Shown here piece after piece: positions 12,794 through 22,126 of a stretch of 64,000 bases of DNA; position 1 is the first letter of the stretch; every line of letters begins with the position of its first letter. The position numbers were made by a program, and so were the translations under genes. The DNA comes from an uncultured Actinomycetota bacterium (lineage in GTDB: Bacteria; Actinomycetota; Actinomycetes; CAVWCF01). The notes under the pieces are model-generated. The model did not search any database, was not told the DNA's origin, and saw nothing but the letters and a program-made list of their open reading frames with translations. The stretch is taken from assembly GCA_963818455.1 (NCBI GenBank), contig CAWFSE010000003.1, positions 128,506 to 192,505 of the forward strand. Reading direction: 5' to 3'.

Positions 12794-13015
12794 ATGGCGG
12801 GCCAGGACACCGGGGGCCAGGAGCGCGCGTCTGCGCGGGCGAGCGACGCCGAGGAGGTCGTCGAGGAGGCCAGCGCCACCGCGGCCGCCGAAGCCGCCGA
12901 GCGCAAGGCCGGCCTCGACGCCGACGTCGACGCGATCCTGGACGAGATCGACGACGTGCTGGAGACCAACAGCGAGGACTTCGTCCGAGCCTTCGTGCAG
13001 AAGGGCGGCCAGTAG
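12794..13015 (+). CDS. pup: Prokaryotic ubiquitin-like protein Pup with a GGQ C-terminus.
   Basis: 73 aa, acidic, ending ..[19 protein letters not shown] lies 7 nt upstream of ATG 12794. The stop overlaps the prcB GTG by 1 nt. Confidence 0.95.
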   Translation: MAGQDTGGQERASARASDAEEVVEEASATAAAEAAERKAGLDADVDAILDEIDDVLETNSEDFVRAFVQKGGQ

Positions 13016-13869
13016 TGCCGAGCGCTCGCGGGGGCGCGGAGTCGGCCAACGGCGGCCTGCCGCGCTCGTTCATGGCGGCGGGCACCTCGTCGTTCACCGA
13101 GTTCCTCGGCGAGCACGCCCCCGACCTGCTCCCCGGCCGGCGGCGGGTGCCCGGCACCGTCGTCGACGTGCCGCACGGCACCACGATCGTCGCGGCGACC
13201 TTCCCCGGCGGCGTGGTCATGGCCGGCGACCGGCGGGCCACGATGGGCAACGTGATCGCCCAGCGCGACATCGAGAAGGTCTTCCCCGCCGACGAGTACT
13301 CCTGCGTGGGGATCGCCGGCACCGCGGGCCTGGCGGTGGAGCTGGTGCGGCTGTTCCAGGTGGAGCTCGAGCACTACGAGAAGATCGAGGGCACCCCGCT
13401 GTCGCTCGACGGCAAGGCCAACCGGCTGGCCACGATGATCCGCGGCAACCTCGGGCTGGCCATGCAGGGCCTCGCGGTCGTCCCGCTCTTCGCCGGCTAC
13501 GACGACGAGGTCGAGACCGGGCGGATCTTCTCCTACGACGTCACCGGCGGGCGCTACGAGGAGCACGAGTTCCACGCCGTCGGGTCGGGCTCGTTGTTCG
13601 CCCGCGGCTCGCTGAAGAAGCTCTACCGCGCCGACCTCTCCGAGGACGAGGCGGTGGCCGTGTGCGTCCACGCGCTGTACGACGCCGCCGACGACGACAC
13701 CGCGACCGGCGGGCCGGACATGGCCCGGCGGATCTACCCGGTGGTCGCCGTCTGCACCGCGCAGGGCTACCGCCGGATCCCCGACGACGTGCTCGGCGAC
13801 GTCGTCACCTCGATCGTCGCCGGCCGCCAGGAGCGGCCCGGCGGCCCGACCGCGCCGCTCGGCGCCTGA
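13015..13869 (+). CDS. prcB: 20S proteasome beta subunit.
   Basis: Intact. The propeptide is followed by the catalytic Thr context ..[25 protein letters not shown]... It lies between pup and prcA. Confidence 0.95.
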   Translation: MPSARGGAESANGGLPRSFMAAGTSSFTEFLGEHAPDLLPGRRRVPGTVVDVPHGTTIVAATFPGGVVMAGDRRATMGNVIAQRDIEKVFPADEYSCVGIAGTAGLAVELVRLFQVELEHYEKIEGTPLSLDGKANRLATMIRGNLGLAMQGLAVVPLFAGYDDEVETGRIFSYDVTGGRYEEHEFHAVGSGSLFARGSLKKLYRADLSEDEAVAVCVHALYDAADDDTATGGPDMARRIYPVVAVCTAQGYRRIPDDVLGDVVTSIVAGRQERPGGPTAPLGA

Positions 13870-13885
13870 CGGGAGGGCCGCACCC

Positions 13886-14575
13886 ATGAGCATGCCGTTC
13901 TACGTCTCGCCCGAGCAGATCATGAAGGACAAGGCCGACTACGCCCGCAAGGGCATCGCCCGCGGCCGCAGCGTCATCGTCTGCCAGTACGACGGCGGCA
14001 TCGTCTTCGTCGCCGAGAACCCGAGCCGGGCGCTGCACAAGGTCAGCGAGATCTACGACCGGATCGCCTTCGCCGCCGTCGGCAAGTACAACGAGTTCGA
14101 GAACCTCCGCGTCGCCGGCGTGCGCCTCGCCGACCTGCGCGGCTACTCCTACGACCGCCGCGACGTGACCGGCCGGGCCCTGGCCAACGCCTACGCCCAG
14201 ACCCTCGGCACGATCTTCACCGAGACCGCCAAGCCCTACGAGGTCGAGATCGTGGTGGCGGAGGTGGGCGAGACGGCGGCCGAGGACCAGATGTACCGGC
14301 TCACCTTCGACGGCTCGGTCGGCGACGAGCACGGCTACGTCGCGATGGGCGGGTCGGCGGAGGCGATCTCGGCGGTGCTCGAGGACGGCTACACCGACGG
14401 CCTCGAGCTCGGCGCCGCCATCCGGCTGGCCGTCAACGCGCTCTCGCGCGACAACGGCGAGCCGCGCGAGCTCGGCGCCTCGCAGCTCGAGGTCGCGGTG
14501 CTGGACCGCAGCCGCACGCGCCGGGCCTTCCGACGGCTCAGCGGATCCCGGCTCGACGCGCTGCTCGCCGGCTGA
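13886..14575 (+). CDS. prcA: 20S proteasome alpha subunit.
   Basis: Intact 229-aa ORF ([29 protein letters not shown]..), located immediately after prcB. Confidence 0.95.
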   Translation: MSMPFYVSPEQIMKDKADYARKGIARGRSVIVCQYDGGIVFVAENPSRALHKVSEIYDRIAFAAVGKYNEFENLRVAGVRLADLRGYSYDRRDVTGRALANAYAQTLGTIFTETAKPYEVEIVVAEVGETAAEDQMYRLTFDGSVGDEHGYVAMGGSAEAISAVLEDGYTDGLELGAAIRLAVNALSRDNGEPRELGASQLEVAVLDRSRTRRAFRRLSGSRLDALLAG

Positions 14576-14591
14576 CCGCGGATCGCCGCAC

Positions 14592-15954
14592 ATGGACCGC
14601 CGGATCTTCGGGATCGAGACCGAGTACGGCGTGACCTGCACGTTCCGCGGCCAGCGGCGGCTGTCGCCCGACGAGGTCGCGCGGTACCTCTTCCGCCGGG
14701 TCGTGTCGTGGGGCCGCAGCAGCAACGTCTTCCTGCGCAACGGCGCGCGGCTCTACCTCGACGTCGGCAGCCACCCCGAGTACGCCACGCCCGAGTGCGA
14801 CTCGATCACCGAGCTGGTGACGCACGACAAGGCGGGCGAGCGGATCCTGGAGGGGCTGCTCGTCGACGCCGAGCGCCGGCTGCACGAGGAGGGCATCGCC
14901 GGCGACGTCTTCCTGTTCAAGAACAACACCGACTCGGCCGGCAACTCCTACGGCTGCCACGAGAACTACCTGGTGGGGCGGCGCGGGCGACTTCGGCCGG
15001 CTCGCCGACGTGCTGATCCCGTTCCTGGTGACCCGGCAGATCATCTGCGGCGCCGGCAAGGTGCTGCAGACCCCGCGGGGGGCGGTCTACGCCGTCAGCC
15101 AGCGCGCCGAGCACATCTGGGAGGGCGTGTCGTCGGCCACCACCCGGTCGCGGCCGATCATCAACACCCGCGACGAGCCGCACGCGGACGCCGAGAAGTA
15201 CCGGCGCCTGCACGTCATCGTCGGCGACTCCAAGATGTGCGAGACCACGACGCTGCTCAAGGTCGGCTCGGCGGACCTCGTCCTGCGGATGATCGAGGCC
15301 GGGGTCGTGATGCGCGACCTCACGCTGGAGAACCCGATCCGGGCCATCCGCGAGATCAGCCACGACCTGACCGGCCGCCGCACGGTCCGGCTGGTCAACG
15401 GCCGCGAGGCCAGCGCGCTCGACATCCAGCGCGAGTACTGGCAGAAGGCCCAGGACTTCGCCGCCCGCCGCGGCTACGACGACGTGACCACGAAGCAGAT
15501 CCTGGAGCTCTGGGACCGCACGCTGACCGCGGTCGAGACCGGCGACCTCGGGCTCGTCGACCGCGAGATCGACTGGGTGGTGAAGCTGCGGTTGATCGAG
15601 CGCTACCGCGAGAAGCACGCGATGGAGTGGTCGCACCCCCGCATCGCGCAGCTCGATCTGGCCTACCACGACATCGACCGCAGGCGCGGCCTGCACGCCA
15701 TGCTCGACCGCAAGGGCCTGGTCGAGCGGGTGACGACGGATCTGGCGGTGTTCGAGGCCAAGTCGCTGCCCCCGCAGACCACCCGGGCGCGGCTGCGCGG
15801 CGAGTTCATCCGCAAGGCGCAGGAGAAGCGGCGCGACTTCACCGTGGACTGGGTCCACCTCAAGCTCAACGACCAGGCCCAGCGCACGGTGCTGTGCAAG
15901 GACCCGTTCCGCTCGGTGGACGAGCGCGTGGAGCGGCTGATCCAGTCGATGTGA
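14592..15954 (+). pseudogene. pafA: Pup--protein ligase PafA. One frameshift as assembled.
   Basis: The N-terminus (frame 0) reads [42 protein letters not shown]. The rest is in ORF 15010..15954 ([49 protein letters not shown]). The switch lies near 14975-15005. Confidence 0.9.
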
Positions 15955-16031
15955 CCGGGCGTCCGGTGCGGTCCGGCGGTCGCTGGCCTAGGGTCGACTC
16001 ATGGCCCCACCCGGGGGCCGAAGGGGGTTCC

Positions 16032-16448
16032 ATGAGCACGTGGCCGCAGATCAAGGCCGCTGTGGGCAGTCAGTACGGCCAGCACACAGACACCGGCGAC
16101 ACCCTGCTGGTGGAGATCGACACCGAGGGCGGCCGCACCCAGGTGGTCGAGCTGAAGCTCTACACCTTCGCCCAGGACGAGTACCTCCAGATCACGTCGC
16201 CGGTGGCCGCCGTGGACGAGCTGTCGCACGAGCAGGTCTTGCTGGCGCTCGGGGCCATGTCCGCCGTCACCGGGGGAGGGGGCCTGGCTGTCTATCCGTA
16301 CGGGGACCCCTCGGTCCGCAAGCTGGCAGTGGTGCACGAGACCCTGATCCGCGGGTTCGACGCAGACGACCTGGCCTCGACCCTCTCGGCGGTGGCCATC
16401 TCGGCCGACCTGCTTGAGAAGCACCTCACCGGGGGCGACGAGCACTAG
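16032..16448 (+). CDS. Hypothetical cytosolic protein, possibly with a YbjN/T3SS-chaperone-like fold.
   Basis: ATG 16032 is preceded by GAAGGGGG. The protein is 138 aa and acidic (..[33 protein letters not shown]..). The fold assignment comes only from the alternating pattern and is weak. Confidence 0.5.
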   Translation: MSTWPQIKAAVGSQYGQHTDTGDTLLVEIDTEGGRTQVVELKLYTFAQDEYLQITSPVAAVDELSHEQVLLALGAMSAVTGGGGLAVYPYGDPSVRKLAVVHETLIRGFDADDLASTLSAVAISADLLEKHLTGGDEH

Positions 16449-16516
16449 CGGCTGCAGTCGGCCGCCAGTCAGCAGCCGGGTACGGTGAGGGCTCCGCTCA
16501 ACCGAAACGAGAACCC

Positions 16517-17080
16517 GTGCGCACCCATCTCACCCGCCGCGCCGGCGCGGCCGGCCTCGCCATCGCGGCGCTCCTGCTGAGCGCCTGCGGCTCGGATGAC
16601 TCCGACGCGACCGCGTCGCCGAGTCCGTCGGCCAGCTCGACCGAGTGCCCGCCGCAGCCTGAGGTGCCGACGGCGGCCACGCCGCCCGCCAACACCCCGG
16701 CCGTCACCGGCGAGCTCGGGTCCGAGCCGGTCATCGCCACGCCGGCGGGCGAGCCGCCGACCGAGCTGGTCGTCGTCGACCTCGTCGTGGGGACCGGCGC
16801 GGAGGCCGAGCCGTGCGCCCTGGTCACGGTCCACTACACCGGCGTCTCCTGGGCCGACGGCGTCGTCTTCGACTCGTCCTGGAAGCGCGGCGAGCCGGTC
16901 GAGTTCCCGCTCGACGGGCTGATCGTGGGCTGGCAGGCCGGCCTGCCCGGCATGAAGGAGGGCGGCCGGCGCGAGCTGATCATCCCTGCGGAGTACGCGT
17001 ACGGCCCGGCGGGCAGCGGCCACCCGCTGGCCGGGCAGACCCTGGTGTTCGTCGTCGACCTGGTGAAGGTGGGTTCGTAA
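16517..17080 (+). CDS. FKBP-type peptidyl-prolyl isomerase, lipoprotein.
   Basis: Signal peptide with lipobox ..ALLLSAC/GSDD. FKBP core VHYTGVSWADGVVFDSSW..GLIVGWQAGLPGMKEGGRRELIIPAEYAYG. Confidence 0.9.
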   Translation: MRTHLTRRAGAAGLAIAALLLSACGSDDSDATASPSPSASSTECPPQPEVPTAATPPANTPAVTGELGSEPVIATPAGEPPTELVVVDLVVGTGAEAEPCALVTVHYTGVSWADGVVFDSSWKRGEPVEFPLDGLIVGWQAGLPGMKEGGRRELIIPAEYAYGPAGSGHPLAGQTLVFVVDLVKVGS

Positions 17081-17445
17081 TGGCTCTGGAGCGCCCCGAG
17101 ATCGAGTTCCCCGGCGGGGAGGCCCCCGTCGAGCTCGTGATCCGCGACATCGTCGTGGGCGACGGCGCCGAGGCGAAGCCCGGCGACACCGTCGACGTGC
17201 ACTACCTCGGCGTCGAGTTCGAGTCCGGTGAGGAGTTCGACGCGTCCTGGAATCGCGGGGAGTCCATCGAGTTCCCGCTCCGCGGGCTGATCAAGGGCTG
17301 GCAGGAGGGCATCCCCGGCATGCGCGTGGGCGGCCGCCGCGAGCTGGTGATCCCGCCGCACCTGGCGTACGGACCCGAGGGCGGCGGCCACCGGCTGGCC
17401 GGCAAGACGCTGGTCTTCATCATCGACCTGCTCGCGATCCGCTGA
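17080..17445 (+). CDS. FKBP-type peptidyl-prolyl isomerase (cytosolic).
   Basis: ATG 17080 overlaps the upstream TAA. Core VHYLGVEFESGEEFDASW..GLIKGWQEGIPGMRVGGRRELVIPPHLAYG. Confidence 0.9.
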   Translation: MALERPEIEFPGGEAPVELVIRDIVVGDGAEAKPGDTVDVHYLGVEFESGEEFDASWNRGESIEFPLRGLIKGWQEGIPGMRVGGRRELVIPPHLAYGPEGGGHRLAGKTLVFIIDLLAIR

Positions 17446-18529
17446 CGCGCGGCAGCAGGGTGGCCGCGTGCCGCCCGGCGGCCGCCGAGGCCAGGAAGGC
17501 GGCCGGGTCGTCGGCCAGCCCGCGGCCCATCGTCGACAAGCCGACCGGCGACTGGGCCAGCGCGACCTGCAGGCCGGCCAGCCCGACCTCGACGAGCCGG
17601 TGCGGGGGGGCCAGGGGCGCGGACTGGGCCCGTACCAGCGTGCCGAGCTCGGCGAGCGATCCCTCAAGCGCCGGCACCACCACGTCGGCGGGGGCCAGCG
17701 CGACCCGCCCGTAGGCCGTGAGGCTGTGGTGGGACACCCCGCGGTGCCGCTCGCGCGCGTCGGCGCCGGACACCCGCAGCGCCGCCACCGGCCGCCCGCC
17801 GAGCACCGCCGCGGCGTTGACGGCCTCGCCGCAGGCCACCCCCGAGAACCCCCACCGGGTTCCGGTCCCCAGGTTCCCCGGGCCTTGGGCCACCACGGCG
17901 ATGTCGGCCCCGAGGACCAGACGCGCCGCGAGCAGCCCGGTGTGCAGCGTCACGGCCTCGAGGTCGCCGCCGTACGCCTGGCCCGCGGTCACCGTCCCGA
18001 CCAGCCAGCCCGCCTCCCGGAGCCCGTCGACCGTGCGCGAGAACCACAGCGGCAGAGCACCGCCGTCCGTCGCGACGTACGCCACGCGGGCCTCGGGGGC
18101 GTCGGCCCGCAGTCCCGCCAGCACCGCGGGCAGGGCGCTGTGCAGGTCGGCCACGATCACGGGCATGCCCGCCAGGTCGTCGGCCTCACGCAGTGCCCCG
18201 TGGTGCTCGGACTCCTGCTCGTCCACGCCCAGGACGACTGTCTGCAGCGGGGTGTAGCGGGCCTTGACCATGTGCCCCGGCCCGGTCGCAGGATCTGGCG
18301 GCAGGCGGTCGGGGAGCGCCACGACCATGGCGTACCCGCCCGTGCCAAGGCCCAGCTCCAGCGTGGACACGTTGAGCAGCACGCGGTCACCTGGCTGCGG
18401 GTCGCCCACGAGCGCCGGATAGGCCAGCGCGCGCGCCTCGGCGCCATCCTCGAGCGTGACCACCAGCTCGACCGCGCCCGACCAGGCACGACGCCGCGAC
18501 GCCACCACACCCGTCCGCCACCGGATCAC
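17420..18529 (-). CDS. DUF3866-family protein of unknown function.
   Basis: Intact 369-aa ORF (..ALAYPALVGDPQPGDRVLLNVSTLELGLGTGGYAMVVALPD..VKARYTPLQ..). It matches my recollection of DUF3866. Convergent with the FKBP gene. Confidence 0.6.
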   Translation of the reverse strand: MIRWRTGVVASRRRAWSGAVELVVTLEDGAEARALAYPALVGDPQPGDRVLLNVSTLELGLGTGGYAMVVALPDRLPPDPATGPGHMVKARYTPLQTVVLGVDEQESEHHGALREADDLAGMPVIVADLHSALPAVLAGLRADAPEARVAYVATDGGALPLWFSRTVDGLREAGWLVGTVTAGQAYGGDLEAVTLHTGLLAARLVLGADIAVVAQGPGNLGTGTRWGFSGVACGEAVNAAAVLGGRPVAALRVSGADARERHRGVSHHSLTAYGRVALAPADVVVPALEGSLAELGTLVRAQSAPLAPPHRLVEVGLAGLQVALAQSPVGLSTMGRGLADDPAAFLASAAAGRHAATLLPRVSGSRAGR

Positions 18530-18555
18530 CGGGGCAACCTACCGCCGCCGGTAGG

Positions 18556-19549
18556 TTGCCTCCCGTGGCCGCGGTCAAGACCGAGCGAATCTTCGAGCTC
18601 CTGCTGTGCCTGAGCCAGCACGAGCGCTACGTCACGCGCGCCCAGTTGCGCGCCTCGCTGGAGGACTACGCCGCCTCGCCCAGCGACGAGGCCTTCGAGC
18701 GGATGTTCGAGCGCGACAAAGAGGTCCTCCGCGAGCTGGGGGTTCCGTTGGTGACCGTCTCGGTGCCTGACGGAGATGACGCCCAAGACGGATACCGCAT
18801 CGACAAGGCGGCGTACGGGCTCCCGCCGTTGACGTTCACGGCCGACGAGGCTGCGGCACTGGCCCTCGCCACCCGCGTGTGGCACGAGACCGGCGCCGTG
18901 CGGGCGGCCGGCCTCGCCCTCCGCAAGCTGGAGGCCCTCGGGGTGGATGTCGCCTCGGCCGCCGCCGACCCGCTGCTCGCGCCTCCCCCCCAATTGGCTG
19001 GGGGGGAGGCGGCCTTTGCTCCCCTCGCCTCAGCCGTCCACCGCCGCAGGGTCGCGGAGTTCGCCTACCGCGCAGCGGGGGCCCGGACCGACGACCCGCC
19101 GGTGCGCCGCCGGCTTCACCCCTGGGGACTGGTCTCCCGCCGCGGCCGCTGGTACGTGGCAGGCCACGACCTCGATCGGGACGCCCCGCGCGCATTCCGG
19201 CTGGACCGCATCACCGGCGAGGTGAAGGTCAGCGGCCCCGAGCACGCCTACGACCGGCCCGCCGACGTGGACCTGTCCAGCATGGTCGATCTCGTCACGG
19301 GGGCGGGCGGCACGGCCCGCCTCCGGGTGCGGCCCGGTGTCGGCCACGGGCTGCGCATGCGGGCCGGTGCCGCGACGCCGCCCGCACAGGTGGACGGCTG
19401 GGATGTGCTGGAGGTGGCCTTCGCCGACCCGGAGCGGCTGGCCGACGAGGTGCTCGAGTACGGCCGCCGCCGTCATCGTCGACGCCCCCGAGGCGGCGCG
19501 CGCCGCCGTGGTCGAGCGGCTGCGCCGCCTGGTGGGGGAGGATCGATGA
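18556..19549 (+). pseudogene. pafB: WYL-domain transcriptional regulator PafB. One frameshift near the 3' end as assembled.
   Basis: HTH N-terminus (KTERIFELLLCLSQHERYVTRAQL). WYL region (HPWGLVSRRGRWYVAGHDLDRDAPRAFRLDRI). The natural end ..AVIVDAPEAARAAVVERLRRLVGEDR* is in ORF 19337..19549. The switch lies near 19460-19470. Confidence 0.85.
18980..19011. repeat. 12-bp perfect inverted repeat with an 8-nt AT-rich loop, inside pafB.
   Basis: CGCCTCCCCCCC (18980-18991), AATTGGCT, then GGGGGGGAGGCG (19000-19011). It encodes ..APPPQLAGGEA.. in the linker between the HTH and WYL regions. Confidence 0.9.
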
Positions 19550-20493
19550 GCGCCATCGACCAGCTGGCCCGCATCCTGGCCCTGGTGCCGTGGCTGGCGG
19601 CCCGCCCGGGCGTGTCGAAGGCGGAGGCCGCCCAGCAGTTCGGGATCACCGTCAAGCAGCTCGACCTCGACCTCGGCCTGGCGACGTGCGCCGAGATCCC
19701 CGGCCAGCCCGAGTGGTGCCTCGACATCGAGTACTTCGAGGAGGACGACGTCACCGTCGTCGACCCCAAGCACGCCGACCGGCCGCTGCGCTTCGATGTG
19801 CGCGAGGCGGTCGCCCTCGTCGTCGGGCTGCGTACGCTCGCCGCCGCGCCCGTCCTTGCGGGGTCCGACGCGGTGTCCGGCGCCCTGGCCAAGTTGGAGG
19901 CCGCCCTGGGCGATGCGGTGGGCGTGGTCGCCGGACCGGCGCCGACTCCTGACCAGGGCGTCGCCGACATCGTCGGCGCCGCCCTGAGGGCCGGCCGCCA
20001 GCTGCGGATCTCGTACTGGACCCCGGCCCGCGACACGGTGGCCGAGCGGACGGTGGATCCGCTGCGGGTCGTGGCCACGGCGCCGTGGACGTACCTCCAG
20101 GCGCACGACCGCGGCATCGGCCAGGTCCGGACCTTCCGGCTCGACCGCGTCGTGGCGGCCGAGGTGCTCGAGGAGCCCGTCGGACCGCTCCCCGCCGAGG
20201 ACCTCCCGGACATCCCGGCCCCCCGGGCGGGGGCCTTCCCGGCCGGGCCGCACGACGTGGTGGCGGTGCTCGATGTGGAGCCCGGGATGCGCTGGCTGGC
20301 CGACTACTACCCGCTGGAGTCGAGCATCGACCAGGACGGGGGCGGCCAGCGGATCGTCCTGCGCACCCCCGACGCCCGCTGGGCCGAGCGCTTCGTGCTG
20401 CGGCTCGGGGGCCGCGCCCGCGTCGTCGAGCCCGCCACGCTGCGCGATTCCGTGCGCGCGGAGGCGGCGGCCGCCCTCGCGCAGTACGAATAG
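19546..20493 (+). CDS. pafC: WYL-domain transcriptional regulator PafC.
   Basis: ATG 19546 overlaps the pafB TGA (ATGA). MSAIDQLARILALVPWLAARPGVSKAEAAQQFGITVKQL.., and a WYL region ..WTYLQAHDRGIGQVRTFRLDRV... Confidence 0.85.
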   Translation: MSAIDQLARILALVPWLAARPGVSKAEAAQQFGITVKQLDLDLGLATCAEIPGQPEWCLDIEYFEEDDVTVVDPKHADRPLRFDVREAVALVVGLRTLAAAPVLAGSDAVSGALAKLEAALGDAVGVVAGPAPTPDQGVADIVGAALRAGRQLRISYWTPARDTVAERTVDPLRVVATAPWTYLQAHDRGIGQVRTFRLDRVVAAEVLEEPVGPLPAEDLPDIPAPRAGAFPAGPHDVVAVLDVEPGMRWLADYYPLESSIDQDGGGQRIVLRTPDARWAERFVLRLGGRARVVEPATLRDSVRAEAAAALAQYE

Positions 20494-20517
20494 CCCTCAA
20501 GACGAATTGCCCTCAAG
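20493..20517. repeat. 9-bp direct repeat GCCCTCAAG x2 separated by an AT-rich heptamer.
   Basis: gccctcaag at 20493-20501 and 20509-20517, with acgaatt between them. It starts at the last base of the pafC stop, about 95 nt upstream of the zinc-ribbon ORF. Confidence 0.8.
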
Positions 20518-20612
20518 TCGCGCCTGATGTGAGCCGAAGGGGAGGGGGAAGACCGCCGACGGCCCCGCCCGGGACCGCCCCCGAGCGGCCACGCGTGCTG
20601 GGAGGTGCGCCG

Positions 20613-20939
20613 GTGACCACGATCAAGGCTTCCTGCGCGACCTGCGGCGACGTGGACCTGACCCCCACCCAGATGCGGCTCGTCGTCTGCACCAAGTCGG
20701 AGTGGTCGTTCTACGCGTTCGGCTGCCCGGCGTGCGGCGACGAGGTTCGCAAGCACGCCGACGAGGAGATCGTGGCCCTGCTGATCTCCGGAGGGGTGGC
20801 CGCGGAGACGTGGCAGATCCCCGCGGAGGCCCTGGAGGACCACGACGGCCCTGCGCTGGGTTACGACGACCTGCTCGACCTGGCGCTCTGGCTCGAGGGG
20901 CACGACCACCTCGCGGCCGATTTCGCCGTCCACCGCTGA
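20613..20939 (+). CDS. Small zinc-ribbon protein of unknown function (CxxC...CxxC).
   Basis: GTG 20613 has GGGAGG 6 nt upstream. 108 aa: VTTIKASCATCGDVDL..FGCPACGDEVRKHADEEIVALLISGG.., with an acidic C-terminal half. I recognise no family. Confidence 0.6.
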   Translation: MTTIKASCATCGDVDLTPTQMRLVVCTKSEWSFYAFGCPACGDEVRKHADEEIVALLISGGVAAETWQIPAEALEDHDGPALGYDDLLDLALWLEGHDHLAADFAVHR

Positions 20940-21009
20940 CGGCAGCGCCGGTCTCAGGCCCGGTCCGGGCTACCATCGGTGCGACCCGTCGTCCACGCGT
21001 GAGGGCCAC

Positions 21010-21266
21010 ATGAATCTCAAGGGCTGGGAAATCCCGCTCATCCTGCTCATCGTGCTGCTGCTCTTCGGCGGCAAGAAGCTGCCCGGAGATGGCCCGCGGG
21101 CTCGGCCGTTCCTTGCGCATCTTCAAGTCCGAGACCCAGGCCATGAAGGACGACGCCCCCAGCACGACGCCCGTGGAGGCGACCCCGGAGCCGCAGGCCA
21201 TCCAGCCGCCCGCGCGCAGAGCCCGCCGCCCCGCCCGCCGACCCGGCCGGGCCCGTCACCTCCTGA
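21010..21266 (+). pseudogene. tatA: Twin-arginine translocase subunit TatA. Two frameshifts as assembled.
   Basis: Frame 1: MNLKGWEIPLILLIVLLLFGGKKLP. Frame 2 from about 21085: EMARGLGRSLRIFKSETQAMKDD... Frame 0 from about 21200: a Pro/Ala tail ..PADPAGPVTS* (TGA 21264-21266). Confidence 0.85.
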
Positions 21267-21316
21267 GCAGCGCCCTGAGCCGCTCCGCCCGCCGCGAGCG
21301 GGCAGCCGACGGCCGG

Positions 21317-22126
21317 ATGCCGCTGGCCGACCACCTCCGCGAGCTGCGCAACCGGCTCGGGATCTCGCTGCTGGCCATCTCGGTCGGCACGGTCGTCGGC
21401 TGGGTCTTCTACGCCGAGCTGTTCGCGCTGCTCCAGCGGCCGTTCGACGTGCTGGTCGACAGCCTCGGCCAAGACGATGTCCGGCTCGTCCTCACCGGCA
21501 TCTCCGACGCCTTCACCCTGCAGGTCAAGGTCGCCCTGCTGGCCGGCGTGGTGCTCGCGTCCCCGGTCTGGCTGTACGAGCTGTGGGCGTTCATCACCCC
21601 CGGCCTGCATCGAGGCGAGCGCCGCTGGGCCCTGGTCTTCGTGGCCGCGGCGGTCCCGCTGTTCCTGACTGGCATGGCCTTCGGCTACTGGCTGCTGCCG
21701 CGCGGCCTGGAGATCCTGATCGGCTTCACCCCCGAGGGGGTGGGCAACTTCATCCAGGTCGACCGATACCTGTCGTTCACCGTGCGGCTGCTGCTGGTCT
21801 TCGGGCTTGCCTTCCTGCTGCCGGTCGTCCTGGTGATGCTCAACGTGGTCGGCATCCTCACGGCTGATCGGCTCCGCTCATGGTGGCGAGGCATGGTGCT
21901 GGGGGTGTTCGTCTTCGCCGCCGTCGCGACCCCGACCGGCGATCCGTGGACGATGACGATCCTCGCGCTGCCGATGCTCGGGTTCGTCGCGATCGCCTGG
22001 GCGATCGCCTGGGTCAACGACCGCCGACGGCGCCGGCACGCCACCGCCGAGCCGTCGTACGACGAACTTGACGACGACGTGGCGTCCCCGCTCGACGAGT
22101 CCGGGCCGCTACCGTCCGGTCCATGA
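21317..22126 (+). CDS. tatC: Twin-arginine translocase subunit TatC.
   Basis: The first canonical start after the tatA stop is ATG 21317. MPLADHLRELRNRLGISLLAISVG.., six TM segments, ..ATPTGDPWTM... It appears fused to tatA in ORF 21089..22126 only because of the tatA frameshift. Confidence 0.9.
   Translation: MPLADHLRELRNRLGISLLAISVGTVVGWVFYAELFALLQRPFDVLVDSLGQDDVRLVLTGISDAFTLQVKVALLAGVVLASPVWLYELWAFITPGLHRGERRWALVFVAAAVPLFLTGMAFGYWLLPRGLEILIGFTPEGVGNFIQVDRYLSFTVRLLLVFGLAFLLPVVLVMLNVVGILTADRLRSWWRGMVLGVFVFAAVATPTGDPWTMTILALPMLGFVAIAWAIAWVNDRRRRRHATAEPSYDELDDDVASPLDESGPLPSGP

Noticed and set aside
14592-16448. A 618-aa ORF that suggests a PafA fusion protein extending into the downstream gene.
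   Set aside because: After about 14980 the frame-0 translation is low-complexity junk. The real PafA continues in ORF 15010-15954. The last 138 aa are a separate gene with its own SD and ATG (16032) that happens to share frame 0.
18556-20493. A 645-aa single ORF that suggests a fused PafB-PafC regulator.
   Set aside because: The natural PafB C-terminus (..VVERLRRLVGEDR*) and an ATGA-coupled pafC start at 19546 are visible in the neighbouring frame. One indel near 19465 creates the fusion.
21089-22126. An apparent TatA-TatC fusion ORF.
   Set aside because: The TatA Pro/Ala tail and its TGA (21264-21266) are in frame 0. TatC has its own ATG at 21317. The fusion is an artefact of frameshifts in tatA.
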